64,000 nt of DNA, from NCBI GenBank assembly GCA_918797485.1, contig CAKKNE010000006.1:3286001-3350000 (forward strand). Direction: 5' to 3'. The DNA is from Pelagomonas calceolata. Taxonomy: Eukaryota. Below, piece after piece: positions 31,684 to 42,707 of this stretch. The notes under the pieces are model-generated. The model was given only the letters and a program-made list of their open reading frames with translations, ran no database searches and had not been told where the DNA came from. The translations under genes and the position numbers were made by a program. Numbering within the stretch: the stretch's first letter is position 1; the number at the start of each line of letters is the position of its first letter.

Positions 31684-32283
31684 CTTTCAGATGCTCGCGC
31701 GCGCCGCGCGGCGGCCGGAGACGGGCGCGCGCGGCGGCGAAGGGAGCTCAGCGAGTTTGGCCCCTCAAAGTCAGCCGCACCGCGCCGCGCGCCAGCGATG
31801 GGCTGTGACAGCGAGCAGCGGGCAGAATGGCGCCGACTGCTGCCGCATCGGTCCGGGCTCGTAGTGAGCCGCGCGCGCCGCGTTTTGGCAAAGTTGCCAC
31901 GGGTTTTGTAAACCCGCGCGCCAAGCGAAGATCCTTCGGTTGCGTCCGTTCATCCTCGCACGCCTTGCTAACGATAGAAACGCGTCCTTCGATCGGTCCG
32001 ACTCGGACTCGACGGCGTCCGGCTGGTTTGCAAACTCGCGAGCGGGTGCTGGCTACGGCCGCCCCCTTCGCACGCGTGCAAAGTGCACCGTACCGAGCGT
32101 TCGCACGCCGAGCCCTCGGAGCGCAGCCGACCGGTGCCGTAGGCTCGCGGCCGAGGCTTGGCTGCCTGCCTAGGCCTTCGGCAGCGGGCGCAGCCGCGTC
32201 GCGCGGGAGCCCGGGGCGAGCCGCGGCACGCGCGGCGGACCCGGCGCGCGGGCCATAGCGCGCGGAAGCGCGAGGCCCGAGCC

Positions 32284-34230
32284 ATGGCCGACACGCCGGC
32301 GGCCGTCGCGGGCCTCGACTTCGACCCCGTCGAATTGCTAGAGACGGAGTTGAAAGCGGCCGATAGAGCGCGGCGTCTGAGAGCCGTACGAGGTTTGTCC
32401 GCCGTCGCGACGGCGTGTGGGGTCGAGGCCGCCAAGGCTCGGGTGCTGCCGGTCATCGAGGCGCACGTTTCTGCCGGTGGCGAAGAGGATGAGGTCCATT
32501 TGAGGATCGCCGAGGTCCTCGATTTCAGCTTCGTGACGTGTCTCGGGGGTGGTGATTCAGCACAGTTATTGCTGCCGGTCCTAGAAGCTTTATGCAGGGT
32601 CGAGGAGACGACGGTGCGAGACCGAGCCTGCGTATCGTTAGCTGATATCTTAGAAAAGTTGGACGCGGGCAAGGCGCCGAAGACCGGCGATCGCGTCGTG
32701 AAGCTCGTGTCTCAGTTAGCTGATCCTTCCGGGGAAGCCTCGGGCTTCGGGTCGAAGTGCTCGGCCGCGGCGCTCTGCGCTCCGGTCCTAGCGTTTCTGG
32801 CGCGATGTTCGGATCGCGACGACGACAAGAACAAGGTCCGAAAAGTTTTCAGAGGCGTTTGTGAGGATGATGCGCCTTTGGTAAGGCGGGCAGCGGCCGC
32901 GAAGCTTTCGGAGGTCTGTGCGTCGATCGACGGGCCCCAGGACTTCGCCACGTCGTTGACGCCGTCCATCACGAAGCTGCTGGAAGATGAGCTCGATGCG
33001 GTTCGGGTCGTGGCCGTGTCTCAACTAGGTGCCGTGTTGCGAGAGGAGAAGTGCCGAGCGGGCTCGGAGGCCTGGTCCCGGACCATCCAGCAGGATCTGG
33101 AGAGTGATGGTGAGGCAGCATGGTATTCCACACAACCCGCAGCTCGAGTAGTACATGCGGCGCACAGCGATACGTCCTGGCGGGTCCGCGAAGCCGTCGC
33201 GAAAAGTTTTGATGGGTACTGCGCCTATCTCTCGGCGCAAGCAGACGCGGAGAGCGTGGCTCCCGGTTTGCTGGACGCCTTCGCTTCATTACTAGACGAC
33301 GGAGAAGTGGAAGTGCGAGCCGCGGCGTTCCAGTCGTGTGTGGCGGTCGCGAAGCTCCTCCCGAAGCACTTCGCCGCGTCGGAAGGCGTCATGGCGTCGA
33401 CCTGCGGCGGTGCGGACAATCGCGTCGAGTTCAAGGTACGGCTCGCGGCGGCCGGTGCTTTGGCACGATTATTGGGCGCATTAGCTCCGGTAAATGGCGC
33501 CCCCCAAACGGCCCAGGACACGATTTTTAGGACCGTCGACGCTCGATTATTCAGTGATGAGCACGTCGAGGTCGCTCTCGCGACGCTAGGTGCTCTAGCG
33601 GACGTCGTGCCACACCTCAACGAAGAGGCCGCGGCACGAGTGGCAGCTTTATGTGCCGCGAACCCCGTGAGTGATAATTGGAGAGTGAGAAGAGCACTAC
33701 TGAACGCCCTGCCCGCACTAGCCCAAGCGAGAGGCAAAAAGGCCTTCGAGGAACAGCTCGTCACGGGTTTAGTGGAACGGTTCCGCGACCGCACCGCGGA
33801 GGTGCGCAAGTCGGCGGTTTCAATACTAGCTCGATTACGAGATCTACCTGAAAACGAGGAGGACGAGGACGGCCCTCGCTTATTTGATGGGGACTGGCTC
33901 ATGTCGAATGTGGGTAGCAAGCTCAAGAGCGGCTACGGGGACCTCGAAAAGTACCTACATCGGGTCACGGTGGTCCAGGCCTTCGAGCAGCTGAGTCACG
34001 ACCAGCTCGCGCCGGAGCACGTCGAGGTCATCGTGGAGTTTCTGTGCGAGGCCGCCAGGGATCCCGTGGCGAACGTCCGTTTTACCGCGGTGAAGGCGCT
34101 GGAGACATGTTCTAAACATGCTGGCGACGAGGCCGTCTCGACGCACATCCGGCCCCTGTTGGATTCGCTCAAGGAGGACGGGGATGATGACGTGCGCGCG
34201 CACGTCGCGAGCGCGGCCGCGGCGCTGTAG
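32284..34230 (+). CDS. PPP2R1: PP2A scaffold subunit A (PR65)-like HEAT-repeat protein
   Basis: 'LLLPVLEALCRVEETTVRDRA', 'EDDAPLVRRAAA', 'DTSWRVR', 'DNWRVR', 'YLHRVT', 'DPVANVRF', 'DDDVR'. Confidence 0.85.
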   Translation: MADTPAAVAGLDFDPVELLETELKAADRARRLRAVRGLSAVATACGVEAAKARVLPVIEAHVSAGGEEDEVHLRIAEVLDFSFVTCLGGGDSAQLLLPVLEALCRVEETTVRDRACVSLADILEKLDAGKAPKTGDRVVKLVSQLADPSGEASGFGSKCSAAALCAPVLAFLARCSDRDDDKNKVRKVFRGVCEDDAPLVRRAAAAKLSEVCASIDGPQDFATSLTPSITKLLEDELDAVRVVAVSQLGAVLREEKCRAGSEAWSRTIQQDLESDGEAAWYSTQPAARVVHAAHSDTSWRVREAVAKSFDGYCAYLSAQADAESVAPGLLDAFASLLDDGEVEVRAAAFQSCVAVAKLLPKHFAASEGVMASTCGGADNRVEFKVRLAAAGALARLLGALAPVNGAPQTAQDTIFRTVDARLFSDEHVEVALATLGALADVVPHLNEEAAARVAALCAANPVSDNWRVRRALLNALPALAQARGKKAFEEQLVTGLVERFRDRTAEVRKSAVSILARLRDLPENEEDEDGPRLFDGDWLMSNVGSKLKSGYGDLEKYLHRVTVVQAFEQLSHDQLAPEHVEVIVEFLCEAARDPVANVRFTAVKALETCSKHAGDEAVSTHIRPLLDSLKEDGDDDVRAHVASAAAAL

Positions 34231-34699
34231 AGGGTGATTTTTGGTGGGGTCACACATAAACTACGTTCAAACTTTTCTTTTTTCGCGTCGCGGCGACGGC
34301 GTGGGGCTCTCTACACCCACGAAGCGCCGGGAACTCTGCTCCCCCGCCCTCCCGGGCGCCGGACGACCACGTCTCGATGCCGGGCCCATGCCTTTCGAGG
34401 TCTGGTCCTATTGTACCCGCCCCCTAGGTGCTAGCGCCCCCCAAACCCGAGGACCAGCTATCATCTATCAGCGCGATCTATCCGTGCGCGCAGCTAGCGG
34501 CCTGTAAGACACACTAGCATCAAAAATCAGCGCCGCGGCTCCAGCGCGCAAAGGACTGCTTGAAGCGCTCGTGCTGTGCTTTGGCTGAGCTAGGCTTGCT
34601 CGCGCATTGCATGCTGCAGCGGCAGTGGGACAGCAGCTCACGCCATCGCCGCGACGCGCCACAGGGGCAGCCCTTACTTAGGTTAAGCACCAAAGCCAG

Positions 34700-37600
34700 A
34701 TGGAGCGCCTCGCCACCCTACTGAGCGACGCGCCACTCGACCAAATACGGACGAAGTGGTCCGAGCTCTCGTCCAAGTCCCTCCTACGCTTGGCACCACC
34801 CTCCAGCAAACTGCGAACGACACCCTGCGCCGCCGACCACCTCCCGGAAGGAGGCCCGTTGCGATGCGAAGATTTCCTGATATTGCTGCACCACTTCCGG
34901 CCCGGTGAAAATGAAGAAAAATGGTCGCAGGACGCCCTCGACTTATTTAAACAACTAGACGTCACGGGCGATGGCTTGGTGGAGTGGTCCGAGTTTGCCG
35001 ATTTCATATTAGCGCAGGACATGTCGAGACCTCCCGGCGGCATGTACGAATTGGCTGTGGATGAGAACAAAGCGGCGGAACTAGTAGGTTGTTATTTTCC
35101 CAGAACATATGAAGTGATTGACGGTGGGGAGTGTAGTTGGGACGTTCAGATCAGAAAATTAGTCTACCTCCCACCACCGATCCACCGAGTGGCGGCCTTC
35201 CCGACGAAGCAGCGAGACAACGTCATGATCGTCAGCGCGAACCATCCACCAAGGAAGCAGAGCGGCATGCTCAAGCACCACACCTCGTACCGCGAACACG
35301 AGGTCTGGGACTGCGTTGGTGTGGATGGGACGGAGATTTGTGTGACATCCTCATCACTAGAAGCGCCTGTGCGCACGCGACGGGACCAGGACGATCCAGG
35401 GGATAAACACTACCTGACGATGTGGCGAATAACAAAGGGCATGCCCGATGTGGTCCATCGTAGGGAGACTCCTACATCACAATCAGCGCTGTGTTATGCG
35501 CAGCGGTTAGATCGACTCTTTACGGGCGGTATCGAGGAAGGATTCGTGTATGAGTACGCCTTCGACGACCCCCCCAGGATAGATCATAACGTGCCGGAGT
35601 GGAAGAAGCCCCCGCCCGGACCGGTGGCGTTGGTGAAATGTCGCTGTTTGCGGTGCCACGTCTTTGGGATTAGCGTGATCCAAGACTTACACCGACGGCT
35701 GGAGGACACAAATCTCATCGCGACGGGCAGTACGGACGGCACTTTGCATGTCTGGTTGCAGGGCGACTGGCACGCCAATCAAGCAACAGATTACGACACG
35801 GTCACGTCCCAGGACTCGGCGATGACTGATATATCCCATTCTCATGCGAGTTCTGTTATCCCAAAACCTCAAGATAGAACTGAATTAGAACCATTAGCAC
35901 GGTTATCGGCGCAGACGGCTGGTTCGGCCGTACTGGCCCATTCCGACAGGCATGAACTGCTGTTTTCCTGTGGGCGCAAGCCCGTGCATGGAGACTATAG
36001 CTCAGGTGACATCCTGGTCTGGGACGTGTCGAACGTCGAAATAGGCATGAGGCTCCAGGCCCTGACGCCCATGACGTCCCATGAGAACCGTGTTACTGAT
36101 CTACTCGAGTTGCCGGACGAGGATCGACTTTTATCAGCGGATATTGATTGTAAAGTTATAGCGTGGTCCTTACCTGGTTTGGTGCCTCTCCAGACCTTCC
36201 AGGGAGGGAACTGCGTCGAACGAGTACCCTTATATAGAGATGCCCCGCCTCTGGAAGCTGGTAAAGAAGACGGCTGCGTGATCTACGGCGCGGGACCACT
36301 GAAAGCCTTCCGCCGAACCCAACCGGCAGTCAAGGAACCCCTCGTAAAGGCCCACTACGATTGTAATATGGGGACCTTCCTCTGTGGGTCAGCCCATAGG
36401 ATATGTGTCTGGGATGGTTCGACAGGTAAAATGAGGAGCCAGGTCGGCATCCCTCATCTATTAGCTCAGGACACGGCTCCCCAGTCGCCCACCAAACTCA
36501 GAAGCAGACGACCGGTCATAAAAGGCAGAGGCAAGAAGTTCGAGGTCGACCTCTACAAAGAAGTCGCAGAGATTAGTGGACCGGAGCCGACGGGCGAGGC
36601 CGTCGCTTATAGCGTAGCGCAAGATGGGCGGAAACTCGCTGTGTGTACGGCCAAAGGTGGGGTCCATGTTTGTGTGGTCCCTTCTGGAGGTCATGCCCCG
36701 AGGTTGTCGAAGAACTTGGATCCCCACGGCTCATCTTGTTCAGATGTATGTCTCGTCGATGAAGATAAATTAGTATTATCAGGTGGCTTGGACGGGAAGG
36801 TGGCCGTGGCGGACGACGCGTTGGCTACGGGCTATGAGGAGCCTACTGAGGGCGTACAGGGCAAGTTCGTGCGGCTGCGGGACGTCAACGTCGTGCGCGC
36901 GCGGAAGAAGAAGCGAAAGCAGCGCATCAAGACGAAGCTGAAGGCCGTTCATGCCCTTAGTTCACCTACACAATCAGTGGCCTCCGACGACCTCTCGGCC
37001 ACGTCCCCCCAGTCCCAATCTTCAGAAATGTCGTCAATAGGCTCGCCGACGAACGCTCGAAGTTCCTTCGAGTCCATGTCCGCGTGCTCGTTCTCCTTCG
37101 CTTCTTCACCAGCATCCCCAACGGGGACCGAAAGCAAAGCATTTGCGTCGAAGGATGTGAGACATGAAGTTTTATGTTGCGTGGCCGATGCTGGCTTGTC
37201 GTTAGTAGCCTCGGTGTCACGCTCGTCAAATGACCCGCACGAGCCCTTTATATGTGTCTGGGATTTCGAGCATTTGGAGTTGCGAGGGACTTGTAGTCCA
37301 CCTGTGGGGGATCTACAAAAGGCCGCGCAGCAGGGCACGCCGCCGCCTCGAGTGACGTCTGTCGTGTTCGTGAGACCCTATCCCGTGTTATGCGGTTCTA
37401 CCTCGACCGGTACACTGCATTTGTGGCGCGTGCCCGAGTGCACCCTTGTAGCATCACTGACGTTCGTCGATTCACCAGCAACGATGCCATTTCTTCAAAA
37501 ACCCGAGTATCCCGCTTTTTTGACCGATGTTTCGAAGCCGGAGGTCAAGGAAGTGTCGTTCGGGTGCGTCGACGTGTGCGTCCATGACGCGGGCTGCACG

Positions 37601-38788
37601 TTGTCAGCGGGTGCGGACGACGGCACGTGCGTCGTCTGGTCCTTATCAGCTGACTTCTTCACGCATGCGTCCCTCGTACCAAATTCATTAACAAAGCGCG
37701 ACAACTACAATCCGCGGCGCCAAGCGCATCCGGTGGTGGAGTGGGGCGAACTTAGACGTAGTAGGCGTTTATCGCGTATCTCGTTTGGAGCGAACCCATC
37801 ACCACAAGCTCTTGACGACGCCCAAACGGCATCCGATGAAGCCAAATGCTGGGACGCCCATGCGGGGGTCGTATCATCAGTGCAAGTCGTCGCGAGACCG
37901 CAAGCCATCGTTACGGCCGGCGAGGACGGCATGGCGCGCGTCTGGACGTTTGACGGTCAACCAATCGGTTTGCTGGACGTCAACGCCCCGGAGGGTAATG
38001 GTATCCCGTGGCACTTCCGCACGGCGGCCTTCGAAGAACATGGTGGTGATGGGGAAGCGCGCGAGATGCTCCACGAGGCGAAGGCGGCGGCGGCGTTTTA
38101 TGCGGGGATGAAATCTCGAGCGACGCGGGACGAGAAAGCGCGAGCACGCGAAATAGCCCTCACGAAGCTCAAGCAGGGCACGCCCGAAGGTTTGGAAGAT
38201 CTCGCGTCCCATACCATACGGTCTAGAGCAACGTCGCCTCCTAGATCACCTATTACCTCGCATAGAAAGTCGACGCTGGTCATCGAGGACGTTTCGCTAG
38301 AAGAGGGCTGGGCCCTGGCGATCAAGAGCCCGACGGCCTTCCAGCTTCGAGATGAAAATGCCACATTGAATCCGCACGACACGGCGAGCGAGGGCCGCAA
38401 GGGCTGGGACGCCGTCTTCAACGGCATCAACGCCCTCGAGGAGCAGAACCGGGCCAACGAACTTGCCTTGAACTCGCCGTCGAAATTGAGGCGGCGGCGG
38501 TCCATTAGAGGCGCGATAAAAACAAGCGGCAAGACGTGGCGCACCTTACCTTCGTTGATCGACCTGTCTCATTTAGCTTCGGAGTTGCCCGGGCCTCCTG
38601 GAAGGTGCGATCCTCCCGTTGTCAGGAAGCCGAGGCCCCACGGCCGCGTCAAGTCGCTGCGCGAGCGCGTTTTGAGTAGAAGGGACCAGCTCATTCCCCG
38701 AAAACTGGGACCGGACCCGGCCGAGGGCTTCGCGGACAACGGCCAGTCCGTGGCGCGCATGATGCGGCTGGCGCACATGGGGTACTAA
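34700..38788 (+). CDS. EF-hand plus WD40 repeat protein (WDR49/EFCAB8-like)
   Basis: EF-hand 'LFKQLDVTGDGLVEWSEF'; several WD40 blades ('IATGSTDGTLHVW', 'IVTAGEDGMARVW'). Confidence 0.75.
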   Translation: MERLATLLSDAPLDQIRTKWSELSSKSLLRLAPPSSKLRTTPCAADHLPEGGPLRCEDFLILLHHFRPGENEEKWSQDALDLFKQLDVTGDGLVEWSEFADFILAQDMSRPPGGMYELAVDENKAAELVGCYFPRTYEVIDGGECSWDVQIRKLVYLPPPIHRVAAFPTKQRDNVMIVSANHPPRKQSGMLKHHTSYREHEVWDCVGVDGTEICVTSSSLEAPVRTRRDQDDPGDKHYLTMWRITKGMPDVVHRRETPTSQSALCYAQRLDRLFTGGIEEGFVYEYAFDDPPRIDHNVPEWKKPPPGPVALVKCRCLRCHVFGISVIQDLHRRLEDTNLIATGSTDGTLHVWLQGDWHANQATDYDTVTSQDSAMTDISHSHASSVIPKPQDRTELEPLARLSAQTAGSAVLAHSDRHELLFSCGRKPVHGDYSSGDILVWDVSNVEIGMRLQALTPMTSHENRVTDLLELPDEDRLLSADIDCKVIAWSLPGLVPLQTFQGGNCVERVPLYRDAPPLEAGKEDGCVIYGAGPLKAFRRTQPAVKEPLVKAHYDCNMGTFLCGSAHRICVWDGSTGKMRSQVGIPHLLAQDTAPQSPTKLRSRRPVIKGRGKKFEVDLYKEVAEISGPEPTGEAVAYSVAQDGRKLAVCTAKGGVHVCVVPSGGHAPRLSKNLDPHGSSCSDVCLVDEDKLVLSGGLDGKVAVADDALATGYEEPTEGVQGKFVRLRDVNVVRARKKKRKQRIKTKLKAVHALSSPTQSVASDDLSATSPQSQSSEMSSIGSPTNARSSFESMSACSFSFASSPASPTGTESKAFASKDVRHEVLCCVADAGLSLVASVSRSSNDPHEPFICVWDFEHLELRGTCSPPVGDLQKAAQQGTPPPRVTSVVFVRPYPVLCGSTSTGTLHLWRVPECTLVASLTFVDSPATMPFLQKPEYPAFLTDVSKPEVKEVSFGCVDVCVHDAGCTLSAGADDGTCVVWSLSADFFTHASLVPNSLTKRDNYNPRRQAHPVVEWGELRRSRRLSRISFGANPSPQALDDAQTASDEAKCWDAHAGVVSSVQVVARPQAIVTAGEDGMARVWTFDGQPIGLLDVNAPEGNGIPWHFRTAAFEEHGGDGEAREMLHEAKAAAAFYAGMKSRATRDEKARAREIALTKLKQGTPEGLEDLASHTIRSRATSPPRSPITSHRKSTLVIEDVSLEEGWALAIKSPTAFQLRDENATLNPHDTASEGRKGWDAVFNGINALEEQNRANELALNSPSKLRRRRSIRGAIKTSGKTWRTLPSLIDLSHLASELPGPPGRCDPPVVRKPRPHGRVKSLRERVLSRRDQLIPRKLGPDPAEGFADNGQSVARMMRLAHMGY

Positions 38789-38806
38789 TCTACTTGTGTT
38801 TCTTAG

Positions 38807-39598
38807 TTAGTTCGTTGCCTGCCAGAAGGACAGGATGGTCCACAGGACGCCGTTGTCGGCCCGGCGGAGGATGAACTTGATCGCTGGCGTCGCCGCGAGG
38901 CGCTCGCGCGCGCGGCCCCGGGTGATGAGGCTTCGCAGGCGCAAGATTCTTTTGTGATCTTGGCGGCAGAACGCCTTCCAGCTTCCCGCGGCGCGGACGC
39001 CGTTAATCAGGGCCTTGACCTGGACGAAGGTGTCGCTGTCGCGCAGAGCAGGATTCGCCTCCTCAGCTGCCCGAAGTTCCATCTCAGCCGTCCTTTCGTC
39101 GGAGACGGCATCCAACGAAGCCCCCGCGCGCAGCAACAACGTGGTTATGCGATATATAATTGTAAAACGTTCTTCCGAGGACCCTTCGTTCGGAAAGCCC
39201 AAAAGTGTCATGCCGAGTGGAGTATCGGCCGGGTATGAGGCATCCTCGGGGTTCGGTTGTGCTCTGCAGTGCACATTGGCTTTTGCGTCCAGGAGCAACG
39301 CGACCATGTCCGCGGAATGATCAACTAATCGGTCGCAGGCGTAATGCAGCGGGGAGAGGCCCAATGCAGGTGGCTGTTCTTCTGCACAGATGTTGACGTC
39401 CGCCCCGTGCTTTATCAGCAACCGGGCCAAATCAACGTGTGACCTGGTACGGGTGTGCGGGGTACCCGCACAAATGAGGAGCATGGTATGTCCCCGTCCA
39501 CCGCGCTCATTCACGTCGTTCCCCTCGTTAAGCCACGCCTCGATCGGAGCGACGTCTCCATGTCCAGCGGCATTCGAAAGGTAATCTGGTAAAACCAT
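38807..39598 (-). CDS. Ankyrin-repeat protein, paralog 1
   Basis: 'LARLLIKHGADVN', 'SPLHYAC', 'LLLDAKANV', 'LLLRAGA'. Confidence 0.85.
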   Translation of the reverse strand: MVLPDYLSNAAGHGDVAPIEAWLNEGNDVNERGGRGHTMLLICAGTPHTRTRSHVDLARLLIKHGADVNICAEEQPPALGLSPLHYACDRLVDHSADMVALLLDAKANVHCRAQPNPEDASYPADTPLGMTLLGFPNEGSSEERFTIIYRITTLLLRAGASLDAVSDERTAEMELRAAEEANPALRDSDTFVQVKALINGVRAAGSWKAFCRQDHKRILRLRSLITRGRARERLAATPAIKFILRRADNGVLWTILSFWQATN

Positions 39599-39956
39599 AA
39601 GCCAACTCGGAGTCCGGGCGCGACGTAAAATAAACTTGCCTCTAGGCTCTGGAGTGACAGTGGAGTCTGTGTCTGCTGTAGGGACCTCGCGTACACGGCG
39701 TGGCCGCGTTGCCCGGCACTGTGGGGTTCTAAATTAAGGACTACGTCAGTCACCAAACGACGGGGCGTACGCCGCGCGTACGCCGCAAATTTGCGGTGAA
39801 AAACCCGTTTTTTTTGCTCGGCACGCGCGCGTAGCTCGCAGCCGCGGGCCCACGCGTGGCCACGCTACCGTCAACGAGGCCTTGTCGTGGCGCTGTGTGC
39901 CAGTGTGTCATTCATTCACCAACTTACACAGAGACGCCTCTCCCGCGGCGGGCCGA

Positions 39957-40808
39957 CTACTTGTCCGCGCGCCAGTACGACAGCACCTTCCAGACGATCC
40001 CGTTGTCGCCCTGTTTGGCGACGAACGCGATGGCCCGTTCGTACTTGCTCCCGCCGCCGGGGGGCGCGAGGAAGCCCTTCGTCACGAGGCCGCGCACAGC
40101 GCAGACGTCCTTGTGCGGCCGGCGAATGTAGGCCTTCCAGCTGCCCGCGGCGCGCACGCCGGTGATCATCTTCTTGCACTCGATGCACTTTTCTTTCGTC
40201 TCGGCGATGACAGTTGGGTTCGCCCCGGGGATAGAGTTAATAAATTGCCAAAATTGCCGGAGAAGATTTTCGGCTGACATGTATGAGGCACCAGATACCG
40301 CCCGCACACAAATGTCGTCCAACTCCGCCCCGGCGCGCAAAAGTGCAGCGACCTTCGACGGAAAGTTCCGTACTGGGCCGTAGACGTGATTCATAGATCT
40401 CACCGTCCTGAGGAGTCTCCCGAGCGGCGTCTCAATATAGCCGCTGCCGCCGCCCGATGTCCTCGCCTTCACGTTCCCTCCCGCCGCTAGCAGGAGGTCG
40501 AGCATGTCTCGATTGGGAATCGCATCAGTAGAGGCCGCATGCAACGGAGAGCATCGCCCCATATGGTCGTTGTGCGAATCACTAGCGCATCGGTTCACGT
40601 CGGCGCCACGCTCCAAAAGCAGACGAGCTAGCGCGACGCGTCGATCGGGGGGCGCAGACATTGAGCAGGCGATGAGCAGGGTGCATCCGTACTCGTCGTA
40701 CTCGTTTATACATGCGCGGCCGCCATCTGGCTTGCCATCGAGCCACGCTCTCACGGCGTCCAAATCTCCGTTCTCTGCCGCAGTCGCGATTTCTGCTGGG
40801 AGGACCAT
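39957..40808 (-). CDS. Ankyrin-repeat protein, paralog 2
   Basis: 'LARLLLERGADVN', 'SPLHAAS'; shares MVLP start, 'GVRAAGSWKA' and 'DNGxxWxxLSxW' with paralog 1. Confidence 0.85.
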   Translation of the reverse strand: MVLPAEIATAAENGDLDAVRAWLDGKPDGGRACINEYDEYGCTLLIACSMSAPPDRRVALARLLLERGADVNRCASDSHNDHMGRCSPLHAASTDAIPNRDMLDLLLAAGGNVKARTSGGGSGYIETPLGRLLRTVRSMNHVYGPVRNFPSKVAALLRAGAELDDICVRAVSGASYMSAENLLRQFWQFINSIPGANPTVIAETKEKCIECKKMITGVRAAGSWKAYIRRPHKDVCAVRGLVTKGFLAPPGGGSKYERAIAFVAKQGDNGIVWKVLSYWRADK

Positions 40809-41801
40809 TTACGACAAGCACGCGTCTGCCCGCCTGCTGAACTGGTGCTGCTCCTCGCACCCAGGGAGTATAGTGGCGTTGCAAGTCTTGGCGCCTCGCG
40901 CAAGAGAGGTGGACAGCAGGGTAATTCTAAGACTCCACTCGTCACTAATCTCAGGATCAAGCCACAGCGCTACGTAGCGCTACGCAACTTGCAAGAGCAG
41001 CTTTGCTTGCTTGCTAGTGTCTTACAGGCCGCTAGCGCGCGGGATTTCCTAAACGCGGGAGCCCTTTGCTTGCTTGCTAGTGTCTTACCAACCTAGCTCG
41101 AGTCATCCAGATTATCCAAAGGGGGAAAGGATTTCTGTGCACGAGGCGAAAGGAAGTCAATCCTCCCCTCGTCCGACCGCATCCATCATCGGCGGCGCCG
41201 CTCGACGCCGCGACGATGAACTTCCCGTCGGAAAACCAATCCGCGACCTCGCTCAGGCGTCCGCGGCCACGGATGTATGACCGAGCCGCCCTTTTGCCGC
41301 TCCGCGCGCCGCGTCGCCGGCGCCGACGTGTAAAATCCAGTGGCTTTCACACAGCCCGTGTGCGAGGCGTCACGGCGTCGGGCCAGCGGTCGCCGGTCGG
41401 CGCGATGAAGGTCAGAGTAATGCGAACTCGTTACGCATTCGTCCCAAACTACGGTCGTGGACGTGGCCCTATCAATTGGCCTGCATGCCCAGCAAAGCGC
41501 AGCTTTGCCAAAGCCATCAAAAATACGACTCATTACGCGCCGAACGACCCTTCCGAGGCTTCGAAACGACGTGTGTCTGCAAACCAAAACAAAAACGCCA
41601 ATGGTTTGCGCGCGCGGCGATGCGGCGATCGCGAGGCAGACCGCAGTTCCAGACGGAAACACTGGTCGAGTAGACGTCCTCCTTATGTAAAGTCCGCCCG
41701 ATTATCGTGCAGACAGAGCTACACGGGGTAGTGTGGAGACACACTAGGATCAAGCTTCTTGTGGAACAAACTGTTGGCTGCCCGAGAACCACACGACGCT
41801 C

Positions 41802-42632
41802 ATGGCAGCCCAACAAACGATGGGGAAAGAGAATGTAGCCACAGCGGCGACAGCGGAAAAGCCCGAGCCGCCGGCCCTGGCCGCCCTGGATTTAACTGGC
41901 GCCACGCCGCCTCCATTGCCCATGGCGCCGCCCGCCGCCACGCCGTCCAAGCCGCCGGCGCCTCTGTTAACCCCGCGATCGGCCCCGCCGCCGCCGCCGC
42001 CGCCGGCGCCCATCGCCTGCCCGCGCATCGAGGCCAAGGACTTTGAGACGTTGGCCGCAGCGCTCGAGGCGGCCCACGTCAAGCCGGGCCGCGTCGACGT
42101 CGTCGTCGCGGAGGGCACGACGCTCACGGGGACCATAAAAGTGCCGGCCGGCGTCCGATTGGTCGGTTCCGCCGGGACCAGGCCTATCATCATGAGTACT
42201 TTGACGCTCAATGGTGACGGCGCGGGCGTCATGAATTGTGACTTGCGGGAGGGCGTCAAGGTACAAATGGGCACGAAGGATACTGAAGTAAGAGGCTGCG
42301 CCGTGACGAACCCCTGCGACGCCGGGATATTGTCGCGCGGCGCCGCGTTGACGATCAGCGACTGCGAGCTCTACGAGTGCGAGGACGCCGTGCGCCACAC
42401 CTACGGCGACCGCCTGACTTTAGTAAGATGCCAAATCAGGAACATCGACGGCGACGGCATCTGCTCGATTCCCAAGATTTCACTCCTCGAGGACGTTTCC
42501 TTTGAAAACATTGGGCGCCACGAGGTCATGTGCAAGGCCGGCGTCCTGCGCAAAGTGACGTCGCCCGTCGTCGAGCCGCCGCCGCCGCCGCCCGTGCCCA
42601 TCTCACAACTACCCTACGGGCCCGCGGGCTAG
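41802..42632 (+). CDS. Right-handed beta-helix (pectin-lyase fold) protein with Pro-rich termini
   Basis: Repeating 'GI...LTISDCEL', 'LTLVRCQIRNIDGDGI' strands. Confidence 0.55.
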   Translation: MAAQQTMGKENVATAATAEKPEPPALAALDLTGATPPPLPMAPPAATPSKPPAPLLTPRSAPPPPPPPAPIACPRIEAKDFETLAAALEAAHVKPGRVDVVVAEGTTLTGTIKVPAGVRLVGSAGTRPIIMSTLTLNGDGAGVMNCDLREGVKVQMGTKDTEVRGCAVTNPCDAGILSRGAALTISDCELYECEDAVRHTYGDRLTLVRCQIRNIDGDGICSIPKISLLEDVSFENIGRHEVMCKAGVLRKVTSPVVEPPPPPPVPISQLPYGPAG

Positions 42633-42707
42633 ACTTCTACCGGATTGGATCCCTCGACCGCCTAAGTCTGTAGTACCGGCATTTTATTCATGTCACATTT
42701 AAACATT

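Noticed and set aside
41186..41731. ORFs 41216..41731(+) and 41186..41662(-)
   Set aside because: No recognisable motif or clear codon bias; cannot be supported as genes
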